Shown here: piece by piece, positions 13,083-28,855 of the stretch
Layout of the letters: each line of letters starts with the position of its first letter
Position numbering within the stretch: the stretch's first letter is position 1
Assembly: GCA_964016885.1 (NCBI GenBank)
Contig: OZ024761.1
Location: forward strand, 29,512,001 to 29,576,000
Length of the DNA: 64,000 nt
Reading direction: 5' to 3'
DNA from: Eledone cirrhosa
Taxonomy: Eukaryota
Translations under genes and position numbers: made by a program
Notes under the pieces: model-generated
What the model saw: the letters and a program-made list of their open reading frames with translations, nothing else
Told to the model about the DNA's origin: nothing
Databases searched by the model: none

Positions 13083-14864
13083 GAAAAACAGGTGTTAAAC
13101 AATGACGATTATGATATAAATATAAATGAATGTGTGAGTAGAAAGATAGGTATACAGATAGAAAGACAGAAAGGCAGGCATGCAATCAGATGGAGAGACA
13201 GAAAGTCAGGCAGGCAGGCAGGTAGCCAACCAGTGTGTAGAATTGGTTTGCTATCCGCCATAACTAAAATATCTATCAGAATTTCAGTGATTAGATAATT
13301 AGAGAATAAAGTAAGGAAGTGACATGCTGGTCTTTACAGCACAGCAAACCTAAGTGCAGTATAATACACATCTTGATGCAGTGTTAGCTATAGCTTTTTG
13401 TGTGTATATACACATAAATATATATGTATGTATATATGTATGTATATATATGTGTGTGTGTGTGTGTGTGTTGATATAGGTGTGTGTATATATGTGTATG
13501 AAACTGTGTGCCTACGAATGTGCATTTGCATGTATCTGTATATGAATGTAAGGATGTGTATGTGTGTGTGTCTGTATGCGTGTATGAGTGTGTGTCTATA
13601 CGAATGAATGTATATGCGTATGCCTAAGTATGTGTGTCTGAGTGTGTATGTATATGAATGAATGTATATGCGTATGCCTAAGTATGCGTGTATGAATGTG
13701 TGTATATATGAATGAATGTATATACATGTGTCTGTGCGTATATGTTTCTGTCAATGTCTATGTGTGTATGTGTCTCTGTCTATGTGTGTATATGTCTGTG
13801 TCTATGTCTATATATCTGAATGTATATGTGAATGTGTATGCCTATGTATGCATATGAATGTGTATGCCTATCTGTGCATATGAATGTCTATACATGTGTC
13901 TGTGTAAATGTGAATATGTTTCTGTCTATGTGTATGTGAGTATATGTATGTGTGTGTCTATGTATATGTATGTGTGAGTGTATATGTATGTGTGTGTCTA
14001 TGTATATATGAATGTAAATGTGTGTGTGTATGACGTGATCAGGAAAACATCACAGCCAAAGTACAGAAAAGCGAATAACTAACCAAGGGAGCTGTGTCCC
14101 TGGATGAGGAAACCGGAAGGAAGAAAGGAAGGACAGAAGGAAGAAAAGAAAGACAAGATAACTACTCACTCAATCTCCTAATCACACTCTCACCACATCC
14201 AAAACTTCATTAGATTCCATCACATTCCACTACATTACCAGAGCCAAAAAAAAGGATCCTCTATGTGGTTACATAACCTGTGAAAAATACCACCATGTTC
14301 TTTCTTTCTTTTCATAAACAAACTGCCTCGACTAAGTTGTTTGTTTTTTTTAAGTGCTTATCATTATCATCATCATCATCGTCGTCATCATCATCATCAT
14401 AGTTTTTACATCCAATTTTCCATGCTGACATCAGTCGAGCTGGATGTTTTGAGACAATGTTTTGCAGCTAGATGTCATTCCTAATAACAAACCTTTTGGT
14501 CACTTCTTATGCCACACAGAGATACAGTGTATCTATTCTAAAACGTTTTTATGTTTCAAAAAACACTATACGTATTTCAATGGCCTAATTACATCATCCG
14601 ATCATGATGTAAGACTTTGCCGATTTCATCAGGTGTGGGTTGCACAATTAGTTAATTAATAACAGGATTACGGCAAACACAAACAGATTTGATTTGGAGA
14701 TGGCCTGCCAATTTGGTTTTATTGTTGTGAAAACCATCACTGAAAGGTACACACTCAGCAATGTTAAAGCATTGTGGGTTGGTAGAAGCATTGTGGCCTA
14801 GTCTAAGTCTAAAGTTTGTAAGCCAGAAGGCTTGTTAGACTGGTGCTTATCCCAGTTTCAGTCT

Positions 14865-15138
14865 AATGTCTGTCTGAAGTCCAGAAACTCATCAGGCCAG
14901 TTTCCATGGCATAAAGTGACTAAGAGTACTAGACTCTCCCCTGGACAGGACGCCAGTCCATCGCAGGGTTAAACCCCAAGCTATTGCTGCTGGTACTCAT
15001 TTTCAGCTCAGTATACCTGAGTAACATGAAATGAAATGTTTTGCTCAAGAACACAACACACAACGCAACCCAGGAATCAAACCCACAACACTATGATCAT
15101 AAGTCCAACACCATTACCACCAGGCCATGCACCTCCAC
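14865..15138 (-). mobile_element. older tRNA-derived CORE-like SINE (family C)
   Basis: Minus strand has a degenerate A/B-box head, CTTGAGCAAAACATTT, GAAAATGAGTACCAG and CCTGCGATGGACTGGCGTCCTGTCCAGGGG. Confidence 0.7.
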
Positions 15139-16177
15139 ATATTCATTTGGTGGCGACAGAAATTCTATTGTCCTCAGATAATGCCACACTATTAATCAGA
15201 ACCTAGCAGTTCGCTGCTAGCAGAAGGTTAGGGGTGCTAAACTTTATGTCAGCAGACATTGGCCGCCAAAAACCAGCATAGCGTGTTGGTGAAAACTTAA
15301 AAGGATATAAGTGCTATAAAAGTCTAGAAGATTATAGAAATTGTATAAAATTATTAAAAAGTTATGTATAAATATATAGCTAGAAATCAGCTTTGCTTTG
15401 AGGGGAAAAGATTTCTACTGGAAGACCCAACACGAAATTACATAGAAGCTGAACAAAGTATTGTTATTTTAGAACCAAGATGACAGAGAGTCAAAGATTA
15501 GTTTGTACAAATAAATTCTTGCTCACTCCCCCTCTATTATCTCCTCTTATGCCTGTATATTTATTTGACATTGATCTTGAGGATAAGACAGATAGACAAA
15601 TGGTTTTCGCAGCTAGTAAGCCAAGCCACGGGCACAGACCACATAGTCCAACTCTCTCTCTCTCTCCCCTCTCTCTCTCTCTCTCGTGCTAGCTTTGTAG
15701 CTAGCTTAGCCTAGCATTCAGGTAGATTTAGCTTAGCAAAAGATAGACAGATATCATTATATTTTGACTGTCAAGGATATTACATTTACAATAATATATT
15801 TTACAATAATGGTTTCTCAATATATACAAAAACACCCACCACCACCATCACTACCACAATAACAACCACCACCACCACCAACACCACTACCACAACAACA
15901 ACCACCACCAACACCACTACCAACACTACTACCACCACCCCCGCAGACACATAACATAATTTAGTAGCAGTAAGAATAAAAAAAAAAGACAACAAAAAAA
16001 AAAAAATGAAATAAAAAGACAGACGACAACAACAACAACAGCAGCAGCAACATACAACAAACAAATATAAAAATCTAACAAGCAGAATAAGGGTGAACAG
16101 AAACAAATTGCCCAGAAATATATTGAGGTATTAAATTAGACAGACAATGTAAAATAAGTAAATGATCTTAGCCTGAG

Positions 16178-16234
16178 CTGTCTGTCTGGCAGCCTGTCTG
16201 TCTGGCAGTCTGTTTGTCTGTCTGTCTGGCAGCC

Positions 16235-16286
<52 letters not shown>

Positions 16287-16805
16287 AGTCTGTATGTTAG
16301 TCTGTCAGTCTCTCTGCTTACTTCCACCTCTCTACTAGCACCACCTTCATATAAAAATGATAAAGGAAGGAAGGAAGGAAAGAAAGATGGAAGGAAGGAG
16401 GGAAGGGAAGGAAAGAAGGAAAGCTGGAAGGAAGGAAAGGAAGAGGGGAAAGAAGCAAGGGAGGAAGGAAGGAAGGAAGGAAGGAAGGAAGAGAAGGAAG
16501 GAAGGAAGGAAAGAGGGAAGGAAGGAGGGAAGGGAAGGAAGGACGGAAGGAAGGAAGGAAGGAAAGATGGAAGGAGGGAAGGAAGGATGGAAGCAAGGCA
16601 GGAAGGAAGGAAAGGAATTAAGGAAGGAAGAAAGAAAGAAAAGAAAGATGGGAGGAAGGAAGGAAGCAGGAAGGAAAGAAAGGAAGGAAGAAAGGATGGA
16701 AGGAAGGAAAGAAAGAAAGAAAGGAAGGAAGAACGAAAGAAAGAAAGAAAGAAAGAAAGAAAGGAAAGAAAGGATGGAAAGAAAGAAAGAAAGGAAGGAA
16801 GAAGG
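16178..16805. repeat. (TGTC)n and (GGAA)n/(GAAA)n simple repeats
   Basis: Direct inspection. Confidence 0.95.
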
Positions 16806-17179
16806 CAAACATAGACCAACGACATGATCTTCCGCCTGTAGAGACAATGTAAGGCTGAAGAGGAAGAGAGAAAGAGAGGGAGGGAGGAAAGAAAGAAAAG
16901 ATAGAGAATATAAGAGATGAAGGAGGGTGTTGGTGGTAGGAGAGATGGAGGGTGTTGGTGGTAGGAGAGATGGAGAGGTTCTATTAATCCCTCACCCCAT
17001 CACCACCTTCTAGTGTTCACCTTTCATCTCTAAACCATCTCTTGGCTATTGACACTTCTACTCAAATAAATCTAAGGACTATACATTGGTCTTAAGATGT
17101 ACTGGACCGGCCAAAGATTTTGAAGGACAACCCAGTGTGGATCAGAAGCTATAATGAAGTATATATATATATATATATA

Positions 17180-17368
17180 TTGTTTCTACTTTTGGCACAA
17201 TGCCAGCAATTATCCCAGTGTATTACTGGTACTTTATTTTATCGATCCCCGTAAGGATGAAAGACAAAGTTAACCTTGGCGGGATTTGAACTCAGACTAT
17301 AAAGGGCTGTAACTCTTTGCTGCAAAGCATGGCATCAGACCCTCTACCGATTCTGCCAATTCACCGCC
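17180..17368 (-). mobile_element. SINE family A (Meta-like)
   Basis: Full head GGCGGTGAATTGGCAGAATCGGTAGAG, B-box and Meta-like core. Confidence 0.88.
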
Positions 17369-17369
17369 T

Positions 17370-17682
17370 ATCATCATCATCATCGTTTTACGTCCGTTCT
17401 TCCATGCTAGCATGGGTTAGATGGGTTGTCTAGTTGTGGGCAGTGTCCGGTCGGCTGACTTTGTCTTGCTCATACTGGAACTGATGCTGGCTTGATTTCT
17501 ACACTGGATGCCCTTCCTAACACCAACCTTATTTACAGTGAGTGCTGGGTGCTTTTTTTTCCATGGCGCCTACACGTCCACTTTACAGTGTGGGCTGGGT
17601 GCTTTTTTTGCCGTGGCACCTCCACAACCACTTTGCAGTGGATTGATAGGGACCCCAGTCCTATCATCTCATTTCTACAGCT
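17370..17682 (-). mobile_element. 5'-truncated SINE B / RTE-3'UTR variant
   Basis: Two internal ~48-bp units, the GGAAGGGCATCCAG block, and a CCCATGCTAGCATGGAAGAACGGACGTAAAACG(ATG)n tail. Confidence 0.75.
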
Positions 17683-18446
17683 TAATATATATATTAAGGT
17701 GTACAACAGTTCAAAGCTGAACACACTAGGTAACGAGATAATCAAAATACAGTCAGGTACCATTGTCATTCTACTTCTAAGGACCATGCAGTGGTCTTAA
17801 GATGTACTGAAGCTGCCAAAGATCTTGAAGTACAACTCACTGTGGATCAGAAGCTATGAAGAAGTATATAAATATATATATGAAGGTGTAGAAGCTATGA
17901 AGAGCTATATACCAAGGTGAACAACTCACAGTGGATCAGAAGCTATGAAGAAGTATATACATATATATGAAGGTGTAGATGCTATGAAGAGCTATATACC
18001 AAGGTGAACAACTCACAGTGGATCAGAAGTTATAGAAGAAGGTTGTGGATTGGAAGGTGTACAACAGTTCAAAGCTGAACATACTAGGCAACATATGGGG
18101 AAAATAGTTTCAGTTCACATACATTTCAGATGACGAACAGCCTTCAACAACGTATATACAATTATTTCAGTTAATCATAACTTACCTGTTAGAAATGAAA
18201 ACATTAACACCTGAGTTTGTTGAGGTTTTTTAATTAATTACCTGGATTTTTGTGCTGTTTTATTTTTTTTTATATAGTTTTTTTTTTTAGTCATGTTTAT
18301 TTTCTATTGGTGTTTATTGAAATTTGTTAAAATATTGTTGAACTTACAAATATGTATTAGTTTTGCAAAGCAACAGAACAAAAAGAAAATGAATAGTTAA
18401 ATGAATATTTATAATTAAAACATACAGAATACACTGTTTCACTTAC

Positions 18447-18468
18447 CTAGCCAAACAGGAAATTAATT
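18447..18468 (-). other. candidate 22-nt micro-exon
   Basis: Minus strand: tttttcccttttacttctatttctacAG|AATTAATTTCCTGTTTGGCTAG|GTAAGT. Confidence 0.45.
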
Positions 18469-18539
18469 CTGTAGAAATAGAAGTAAAAGGGAAAAATACA
18501 TAAATAACAATATAATAATAATAATAATGATAATAATAA

Positions 18540-18870
18540 TTATTTCTACTTTAGGCACAAGGCCAGCAATTTTGAGGGAGGGGAAAGTCGATTAAATCGA
18601 ACCCAGTGCATTACTGGTGCTTTATTTTATCAACCCTGTTAGGATGAAAAGCAAAGCTAACCTTAGCGGGATTTGAACTCAGAACGTAAAGGGCCATAAC
18701 TCTATGCTGCAAAGCATGGTGTCCCACGCTCTACCAATACTGCCAATCCACTACCCTGATAATAATGATAATAATAATTGTTTCTACTTTAGGCACAATG
18801 CCAGCAATTTTGGAGCAGGTGAAAGTCGATTAAATTGACCCCAATGTATGACTGGTACTTTATTTTATCA
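18540..18870 (-). mobile_element. two SINE family A copies (one full, one partial)
   Basis: Homology to family A, with the longer tail variant ...GGAAAGTCGATTAAATCGA... Confidence 0.8.
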
Positions 18871-20029
18871 GAGTGTTCTGGGCACATTTGTGTAAATCAC
18901 TGACACTAAGGCAGCTGTCATGTTTATGACACAACTAAAGAGTTCTGATTCTTTTTTTAGCAAGTTTTCTACAGTATGATTGATGCCCCTCGTATTACCA
19001 ACCACTTTACAGAGTGTACTGGGTGCATTTGTGTAAATCACCGACATAGGGAGGTTGTCATATCAATGACACAACTGAAGAGTAATTGATAAAACTGGAA
19101 GGAGAGATAACCAAGGTTTCGTTGCTCTTTGGTTTGTTTTTACCAAAACAGTTACAGCTATGTCATTTATTAGGAATATAGTAACAAAAGGGTTAAGCTT
19201 TAATGCTGACAAACAACAAATAGTCATAGCTTATATCTCTAATATATATTAAAATTCCACACAAAGCAGCAAGTAACATGAACATTTCATTAATTTTTCA
19301 TTGATCTTTTGTTTTAAGTCTTTCATATTTTTATTTTCACTTGAATAAACTTTCTTATAAAAATCTTAGATTATATTTCTTCAAAGAATTAACTGCAAGG
19401 CAATATTAAGTTTACAATACAACAGTTCTTTAACTGTTGCTTGATTCATTGGACTTCTTTCTTGAGATAAATACTGTCCATCATTGATAAATATCCTTTT
19501 AAGAGAGACAGAAGTAACTGAGAGACAACGTACTTCATAACCTACCCAAGATTAAGTTCAGAAATATTCTAAGATTTATTATAATTTATAATGATTAAAG
19601 CGAATTGTGGAAAATATATAATGAAACATGAAAAATATTTTAGTGAAATTGTAAACAACATATTTTATCAATTATATACAACATACAGTTTGATTATGGA
19701 AATAAAATTGAAAAAGAAAGAGAAGAAAAAATTTTAAACAGTAAGAGTAAGAAAAAGGAGGGTGAGAAGAGCAGATTCTACACCCCCAGTCTAGGTTGTG
19801 TATCTTAGTTGTGTCTCCTCAGAACAAAATGGCAAAAGCAATGCTATGTAAAACAGCCAATGTCACCCACTACATCAGCCACACCACCTCATCTCATGGA
19901 GCTCCTTCCATAAAAAGAATGCACTACTCCTTATATTTTGCAGGAAAAAAACAGCAATTCAGAGAATAAGAACACTAGAAGTCTCCATGGTGACCATCAC
20001 AAAAAGGAAATATGGAAGCAGTCGTGGCA

Positions 20030-21332
20030 TTATCATCATCATCATCATCCTTATCTTCGACATCATTTTCATCATTTTCATCATCAACATCATCATCATC
20101 ATTTTCATCGTAGACATCATCATCAACATCATCTTCATCATCAACATTATCATCATCATCTTCATGATCATCAACATTATCACCATCTTCTTCATCATAG
20201 ACATCATCATTGTGATAAAATAAAGTACCAGTAATGAACTAGGGTAATTGCTGGCCTTGTGCCAAAAGTAGAAACAATTATTTTCACCTTCATCATCACC
20301 ATCATCACCATCATCTTCATCAAAGACATCATCAACATCATAGACATCATTTTCTTCTACATTATCATCATCATCATGTTCATCATCATCATCATCATCA
20401 CTTTGAAACCACCTTCAGAAGCACAATATGGTGACAGTGATGATGATGGTGATGGTGTTGGTGGTGACAGTGATGATGATGATGGTGGTGATGGTGGTGA
20501 CAATGATGATGATGGTGGTGGTGACAGTGATGATGATGGTGATGGTGGTGGTGGTGACAGTGATGATGATGGTGATGGTGGTGGTGACAGTGATGATGAT
20601 GATGGTGGTGATGACAGTGATGATGATGGTGATGGTGGTGGTGGTGACAGTGATGATGATGGTGGTGGTGACAGTGATGATGATGGTGGTGGTGACAGTG
20701 ATGATGATGGTGATGGTGGTGACAGTGATGATGATGGTGATGGTGGTGGTGGTGACAGTGATGATGATGGTGATGGTGGTGACAGTGATGATGATGGTGA
20801 TGGCGGTGGTGACAGTGATGATGATGGTGATGGTGGTGGTGACAGTGATGATGATGGTGATGGTGGTGGTGACAGTGATGATGATGGTGATGGTGGTGGT
20901 GACAGTGATGATGATGGTGGTGGTGACAATGATGGTGGTGGTGACAATGATGATGGTGGTGGTGATGGTGACAGTGATGATGATGGTGATGGCGGTGGTG
21001 ACAATGATGATGATGGTGATGGTGGTGGTGACAGTGATGATGATGGTGATGGTGGTGGTGACAGTGATGATGATGGTGATGGTGGTGGTGACAATGATGA
21101 TGATGGTGGTGGTGACAATGATGGTGGTGGTGACAATGATGATGGTGGTGGTGATGGTGACAGTGATGATGATGGTGATGGCGGTGGTGACAATGATGAT
21201 GATGGTGATGGTGACAATGATGATGGTGGTGATGGCGGTGGTGACAGTGATGATGGTGGTGGGAAGGAAGGAAGGAAGGAAGGAAGGAAGGAAGGAAGGA
21301 AGGAAGGAAGGAAGGAAGGAAGGAAGGGAGGA

Positions 21333-21412
<80 letters not shown>

Positions 21413-21522
21413 AGGAAGGAAGGAAGGAAGGAAGGAAGGAAGGGAGGAAGGAAAGAAAGAAGGAAGGAAAGAAGGAAGGAAGGAAGGAAAGAAATAAGGA
21501 AGGAAGGAAGGAAGGAAGGAAA
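20030..21522. repeat. (CAT)n, (GAT/GGT/GAC)n and (GGAA/GAAA)n simple repeat block, with a SINE A tail fragment at 20213-20279
   Basis: Direct inspection. Confidence 0.93.
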
Positions 21523-21774
21523 GATGGTGTTGCTGCTGATGGTAGCAGCATCAAGGTGTGAAGACTCTACCATATAATTTACCTTGTCAGACAGGTTGGC
21601 TAAATTAAAATATCTAACACAATAGTTATTCATTAGACAATACTAACAAGTAAGTATTATTTCGTTGGTCAGAAGTAAAAGCCATGCTCGAAAAGGTTCC
21701 ATTAATCATCATCAATGGCAACCACTCCAGAACCAATGGTTGGTGGTTGGCTCTTTTATCTACATCTCTCTCTC

Positions 21775-21822
<48 letters not shown>

Positions 21823-21849
21823 TGTAGATAAAAGAGCCAACCATCAACC

Positions 21850-21883
<34 letters not shown>

Positions 21884-21929
21884 ATGTGTGTGTAATGAAG
21901 ATCTAACACCTCATCCTTTTTATAATTAT

Positions 21930-21960
<31 letters not shown>

Positions 21961-22035
21961 GCATGCATGTATATATGTATATATATATATACATATATAT
22001 ATATACATATATATATATATGTATGTATATGTATT

Positions 22036-22068
<33 letters not shown>

Positions 22069-22296
22069 GTGTGTATATATATATATATATATGTGTGTAT
22101 ATACATACACACACACTAGTGTTGTTGGTCAATTGACTGCTGATGGTGGATCTGCTGCTGCTGCTGCTGCTGCAGTAGTTGTTGTCACTGGTAATGGTGG
22201 TGGTGGTGGTTGGGTGCCATTAATGGTGGTTGGGTGCCATTAGTGGTGGTGGTGGTGGCAGTGTCATTGGTGATGGTGATGGTGGTGATCAGTTGA

Positions 22297-22336
<40 letters not shown>

Positions 22337-23309
22337 GGACATCATTGGTCAACCAGCCGTTGGTTTGGTATGAATTAAGACCCAGTTAACCAAGTAATAA
22401 ATTCTACTTAGTCCTTCTCTCATTGCCTTCTCTTGCTTTGACTATATCTGCCCTACCCACACAGCCCTCCACCCCACCCACACCTCTACACCTCAATCTC
22501 CAATCTCAATCAATCAATCTTTCTCCTTCCACCCTATCTCTCTCTCTCTCTAGTCTCTATATCTGTCTCTCTTTATCTATCTATCTATCTAGCTATCTCT
22601 TCACACCTCTCTCCTTATACCTCTATCTATCATTCTCTCTTTCTATCTCTACTTACACCTTTCCACCCTCTTTCTATCTATCTCGCTATCTCTCTCACTT
22701 ACTTCACACCTCTCTCCCTACACCTCTTCTCTTTCTATCACTTTACACCTCTCTCCCTACACTTCTCCCCCTCTATCTCACTCCCTACACCTCTCCCCCT
22801 CTATCTCCCCCACTCTGCCAGTGGTCCATCACTGCTGCTCCATCTATGATCAGCTGAAGCCTAATGATTCAATCGCTTATTCCAGCAACCCCAATTACCT
22901 TGCATCGTCAAAATAACTGACAGAATAACCCCTTCCAGCCCTCCTATGTGACCCTTAAACCATGACTCTTAAGCATACAACCACATTGAATGATGATGAA
23001 TGATGATGACATCATAATCATGGTTGGGATTTTAATGAATATGTGGGACAACCCAGTGATGGCTTCCCTGCTGTCCATAGAAGAGGATATAAGAGTTTGA
23101 GATAAGAAACAAGGAGGGAACAAGACTCCTGGAGTACTGTGATGTGAACGATCTGTCTGCAACTTCTCAAAGTCAAATATATACAAAGACTCTTTCTACT
23201 ATTATTTCAAGCATCAAACTAATATATTTCTTCATTGTACTGTGTCGTTTCCTTAGTTACTTCTGTTTACGTTTTACACACATATATATATATATATATA
23301 GTAAAATAA

Positions 23310-23492
23310 TTGTTTCTACTTTAGGCACAAGGCCAGCAAATACCCAGTACATTACTGGTACTTTATTTCATCGACCCCGTAAGGATGAAAGGCAAAGTTA
23401 ACCTCGGCGGGATTTGAACTCAGACTGTAAAGGGACGTAACTATGCTAGAAAGCATGGCGTCCAACCCTCTACCGATACTGCCAATTCACTG
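23310..23492 (-). mobile_element. SINE family A (Meta-like)
   Basis: Homologous to 1357-1543. Confidence 0.88.
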
Positions 23493-23818
23493 AAGAATAA
23501 CATGGTCGGCTGTACAATAGGGTTTATTTACAGTATTAACAATTGTTTCTTTAATCAGGTGAATCTAAAAGCCGCTGATCATTAGAAGTACAGAGTACTC
23601 ACAACCTTGAGCTGGATTACATTAAACGATACCTTAAACGATATCTTGTTATCCTATATATATATATATATATATAGTGGTAAAAAACTGGGAGTTTATA
23701 TCCAAAGTTGGTAGAGCACTCAGTCGAAAGGACAAGTTTGGTATTGAGTTAGTTCCACAACCTCGAATATGGTTTACTAATTTGTTGTAGAACTATCTCT
23801 CTCTCCTTCTCTCTCCCC

Positions 23819-23849
<31 letters not shown>

Positions 23850-24224
23850 AAGAGAGAGAGAGAGAGATAAGCCATAAGGAAGACAGCCCATCTACTCCGA
23901 ATCAAAACTGATACAGGGTAGAGAGAATTCGTAAGTCCTGACAGATAACCTCTCTATGGCATTATATTTACAAATATTTACATTATATTTACAAATCCTC
24001 CTTACAGGATTAAATATATGAGTAACTTTGGAAAAATAACTATTTACATGGACAAATGTAGGGTTTAGAACCCAGGACCTTCTGACTGCAATATAGACTT
24101 CTTATTGTAGCAACATGACAAATATGAAATGCCTAGTATGCTTGTGCATATAGTGAATTTCAAAGTTATGGACAGAGATAAAGATATATATATATAGTTT
24201 AATGACACCTCATTCCTGCTTATT

Positions 24225-24256
<32 letters not shown>

Positions 24257-24424
24257 TATATACATATATATATACACACATATATATATATATATACACA
24301 CATGTAGATATATATACACACACACACACACATATATATACACATATATACACACATATATATATAAACATATATATACACACGTATATATATATATACA
24401 CACACACCACACATATATATACAC

Positions 24425-24455
<31 letters not shown>

Positions 24456-24997
24456 TATATATACACACACATATAAATATATATATATACAAACACACTC
24501 GTCATATTATTATGGTTGATAAATATAATATTAACCATAAAAAAAATAAATATAGTTAAAGACAAACCCATAGAACACTAACAACAACAACAGCAGCAGC
24601 AAAAGTACAAAAATTATTAACAAACCAACCAAAAAACCCTAAGAAAAACAGAAAAGCAAGCTAACAAACAAACAAACTAACCAACCAACATAACACAAAT
24701 CTACATGTAGTAAATTGATTTCAGAGAAAGAAAAATAGTAGTTTGTAGTGATGAAAGTGTGAGAAGATTAGTTGACAGCAGTGATGGTCATGTAGGAGGA
24801 AGGAGAAGAGGAAGAAGACAAGAAGGAGGGGAAGGAGAAGGAGAAGTAAGGCCATATCCGATGGCATGCTATGGAATTATTCCGATAAGAAGGAAAAGTG
24901 ACTGCTAGACCTACACTAACTAAAGAATAATGGCTTTTACCATGAAAGAAACGGGAAATAAAAGAGTTATTACTCAGCAGCTACAGCTTTAATTCAT

Positions 24998-26850
<1,853 letters not shown>

Positions 26851-26879
26851 CATGCATGTACATATGTATTTTACACACA

Positions 26880-27083
26880 TACGAAGGTGAGCTGACAATT
26901 TCATAGGCGGGCTATGAAGACGTGATGCTAGAGCTGTGAAATCTTGCATATATTAATTTCAACTCTTCTTATTAAAAACTGCATTGTCTCTTTCCAGGGA
27001 CGAGGTTGAAAAATAAACCTCATTTCGTCATTCCATGAGATGGAATGACCAAATGAGGTCAGCCTATGAACTTTTCAGATGAC

Positions 27084-27089
<6 letters not shown>
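26880..27089. mobile_element. mariner-like MITE
   Basis: TACGAAGGTGAGCTGACAATTTCATAGGC ... GCCTATGAACTTTTCAGATGACCCTTATA imperfect TIRs with TA ends. Confidence 0.7.
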
Positions 27090-27135
<46 letters not shown>

Positions 27136-27164
27136 TCATCATCATTTTACATCCGCTTTTCCCT

Positions 27165-28855
27165 GTCATGACAAAAACGAGCACCCAATCCACACTGTAA
27201 AGTGATGATGTGGGTGTCACAACAAAAAGCACCCAGTCCACACTGTAAAGTGGTCATGTGAGTGTCACGACAAAAAGCACCCAGTCCACACTGTAAAGTG
27301 GTCATGTGAGTGTCATGACAAAAAAGCACCCAATCCACACTGTAAAGTGATGACGTGAGTGTCACAACAAAAAGCACCCAGTCCACACTGTAAAGTGGTC
27401 ATGTGAGTGTCACGACAAAAAGCACCCAGTCCACACTGTAAAGTGGTCATGTGAGTGTCACGACAAAAAGCACCCAGTCCACACTGTAAAGTGGTCATGT
27501 GAGTGTCATGACAAAAAAGCACCCAATCCACACTGTAAAGTGATGACGTGAGTGTCACAACAAAAAGCACCCAGTCCACACTGTAAAGTGGTCATGTGAG
27601 TGTCACGACAAAAAGCACCCAGTCCACACTGTAAAGTGGTCATGTGAGTGTCACGACAAAAAGCACCCAGTCCACACTGTAAAGTGGTAATGTAGGTGTC
27701 ACGACAAAAAGCACCCAATCCACACTGTAAAGTGATGATGTGGGTGTCACAACAAAAAGCACCCAGTCCACACTGAAAAGTGGTCATGTGAGTGTCACGA
27801 CAAAAAGCACCAAGTCCACACTGTAAAGTGGTCATGTAGGTCTCACGACAAAAAGCACCCAGTCCACACTGTAAAGTGGTCATGTGAGTGTCACGACAAA
27901 AAGCACCCAGTCCACACTGTAAACTGGTCATGTGAGTATCACAACAAAAAGCACCCAGTCCACACTGTAAAGTGGTCATGTGAGTGTCACAACAAAAAGC
28001 ACCCAGTCCACACTGAAAAGTGGTCATGTGAGTGTCACGACAAAAAGCACCCAGTCCACACTGTAAAGTGGTCATGTAGGTCTCACGACAAAAAGCACCC
28101 AGTCCACACTGTAAAGTGGTCATGTGAGTGTCACGACAAAAAGCACCCAGTCCACACTGTAAACTGGTCATGTGAGTATCACAACAAAAAGCACCCAGTC
28201 CACACTGTAAAGTGGTCATGTGAGTGTCACAACAAAAAGCACCCAGTCCACACTGTAAAGTGGTCATGTGAGTATCACAACAAAAAGCACCCAGTCCACA
28301 CTGAAAAGTGGTCATGTGAGTGTCACGACAAAAAGCACCCAGTCCACACTGTAAAGTGGTCATGTGGATGTCACGACAAAAAGCACCCAGTCCACACTGT
28401 AAAGTGGTCATGTAGGTCTCACGACAAAAAGCACCCAGTCCACACTGTAAAGTGGTCATGTAGGTGTCACGACAAAAAGCACCCAGTCCACACTGTAAAG
28501 TGGTCATGTGGGTGTCACGACAAAAAAGCACCCAATCCACACTGTAAAGTGATGATGTGGGTGTCACAACAAAAAGCACTCAGTCAACACTGTAAAGTGG
28601 TGATGTGGGTGTCACAACAAAAAGCACTCAGTCTACACTGTAAAGTGGTGATGTGGGTGTCACAACAAAAAGCACCCAGTCCACACTGTAAAGTGTTCAT
28701 GTGAGGGTCACAACAAAAAGCACCCAGTCCACACTGTTATGTGGTCATGTGGGTGTTACGACAAACAGCACCGAGCACACACTGTAAGGTGGTCGTGTAG
28801 GTGTCATGACAAAAAGCACCCAGCATACACTGTAAAGTGGTTGGCATTAGGAAGG
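27165..28855 (+). repeat. 48-bp tandem array (~35 units) derived from the SINE B/RTE 3'UTR internal unit
   Basis: Unit AAAAAGCACCCAGTCCACACTGTAAAGTGGTCATGTGAGTGTCACGAC, with 16-aa periodicity in the ORF track. The array ends in GTGGTTGGCATTAGGAAGG like the parent element. Confidence 0.93.

Noticed and set aside
20259-21497. 412-aa Asp/Gly-rich ORF with a hydrophobic N-terminus (biomineral-like)
   Set aside because: It starts in a SINE tail and is built only of simple repeats. Several other frames are equally open.
27165-28855. CRISPR-like regular array, or a 357-aa Cys/His repeat protein
   Set aside because: There are no unique spacers and no cas genes. The unit derives from a retroposon segment and the ORF reflects 48-bp periodicity.
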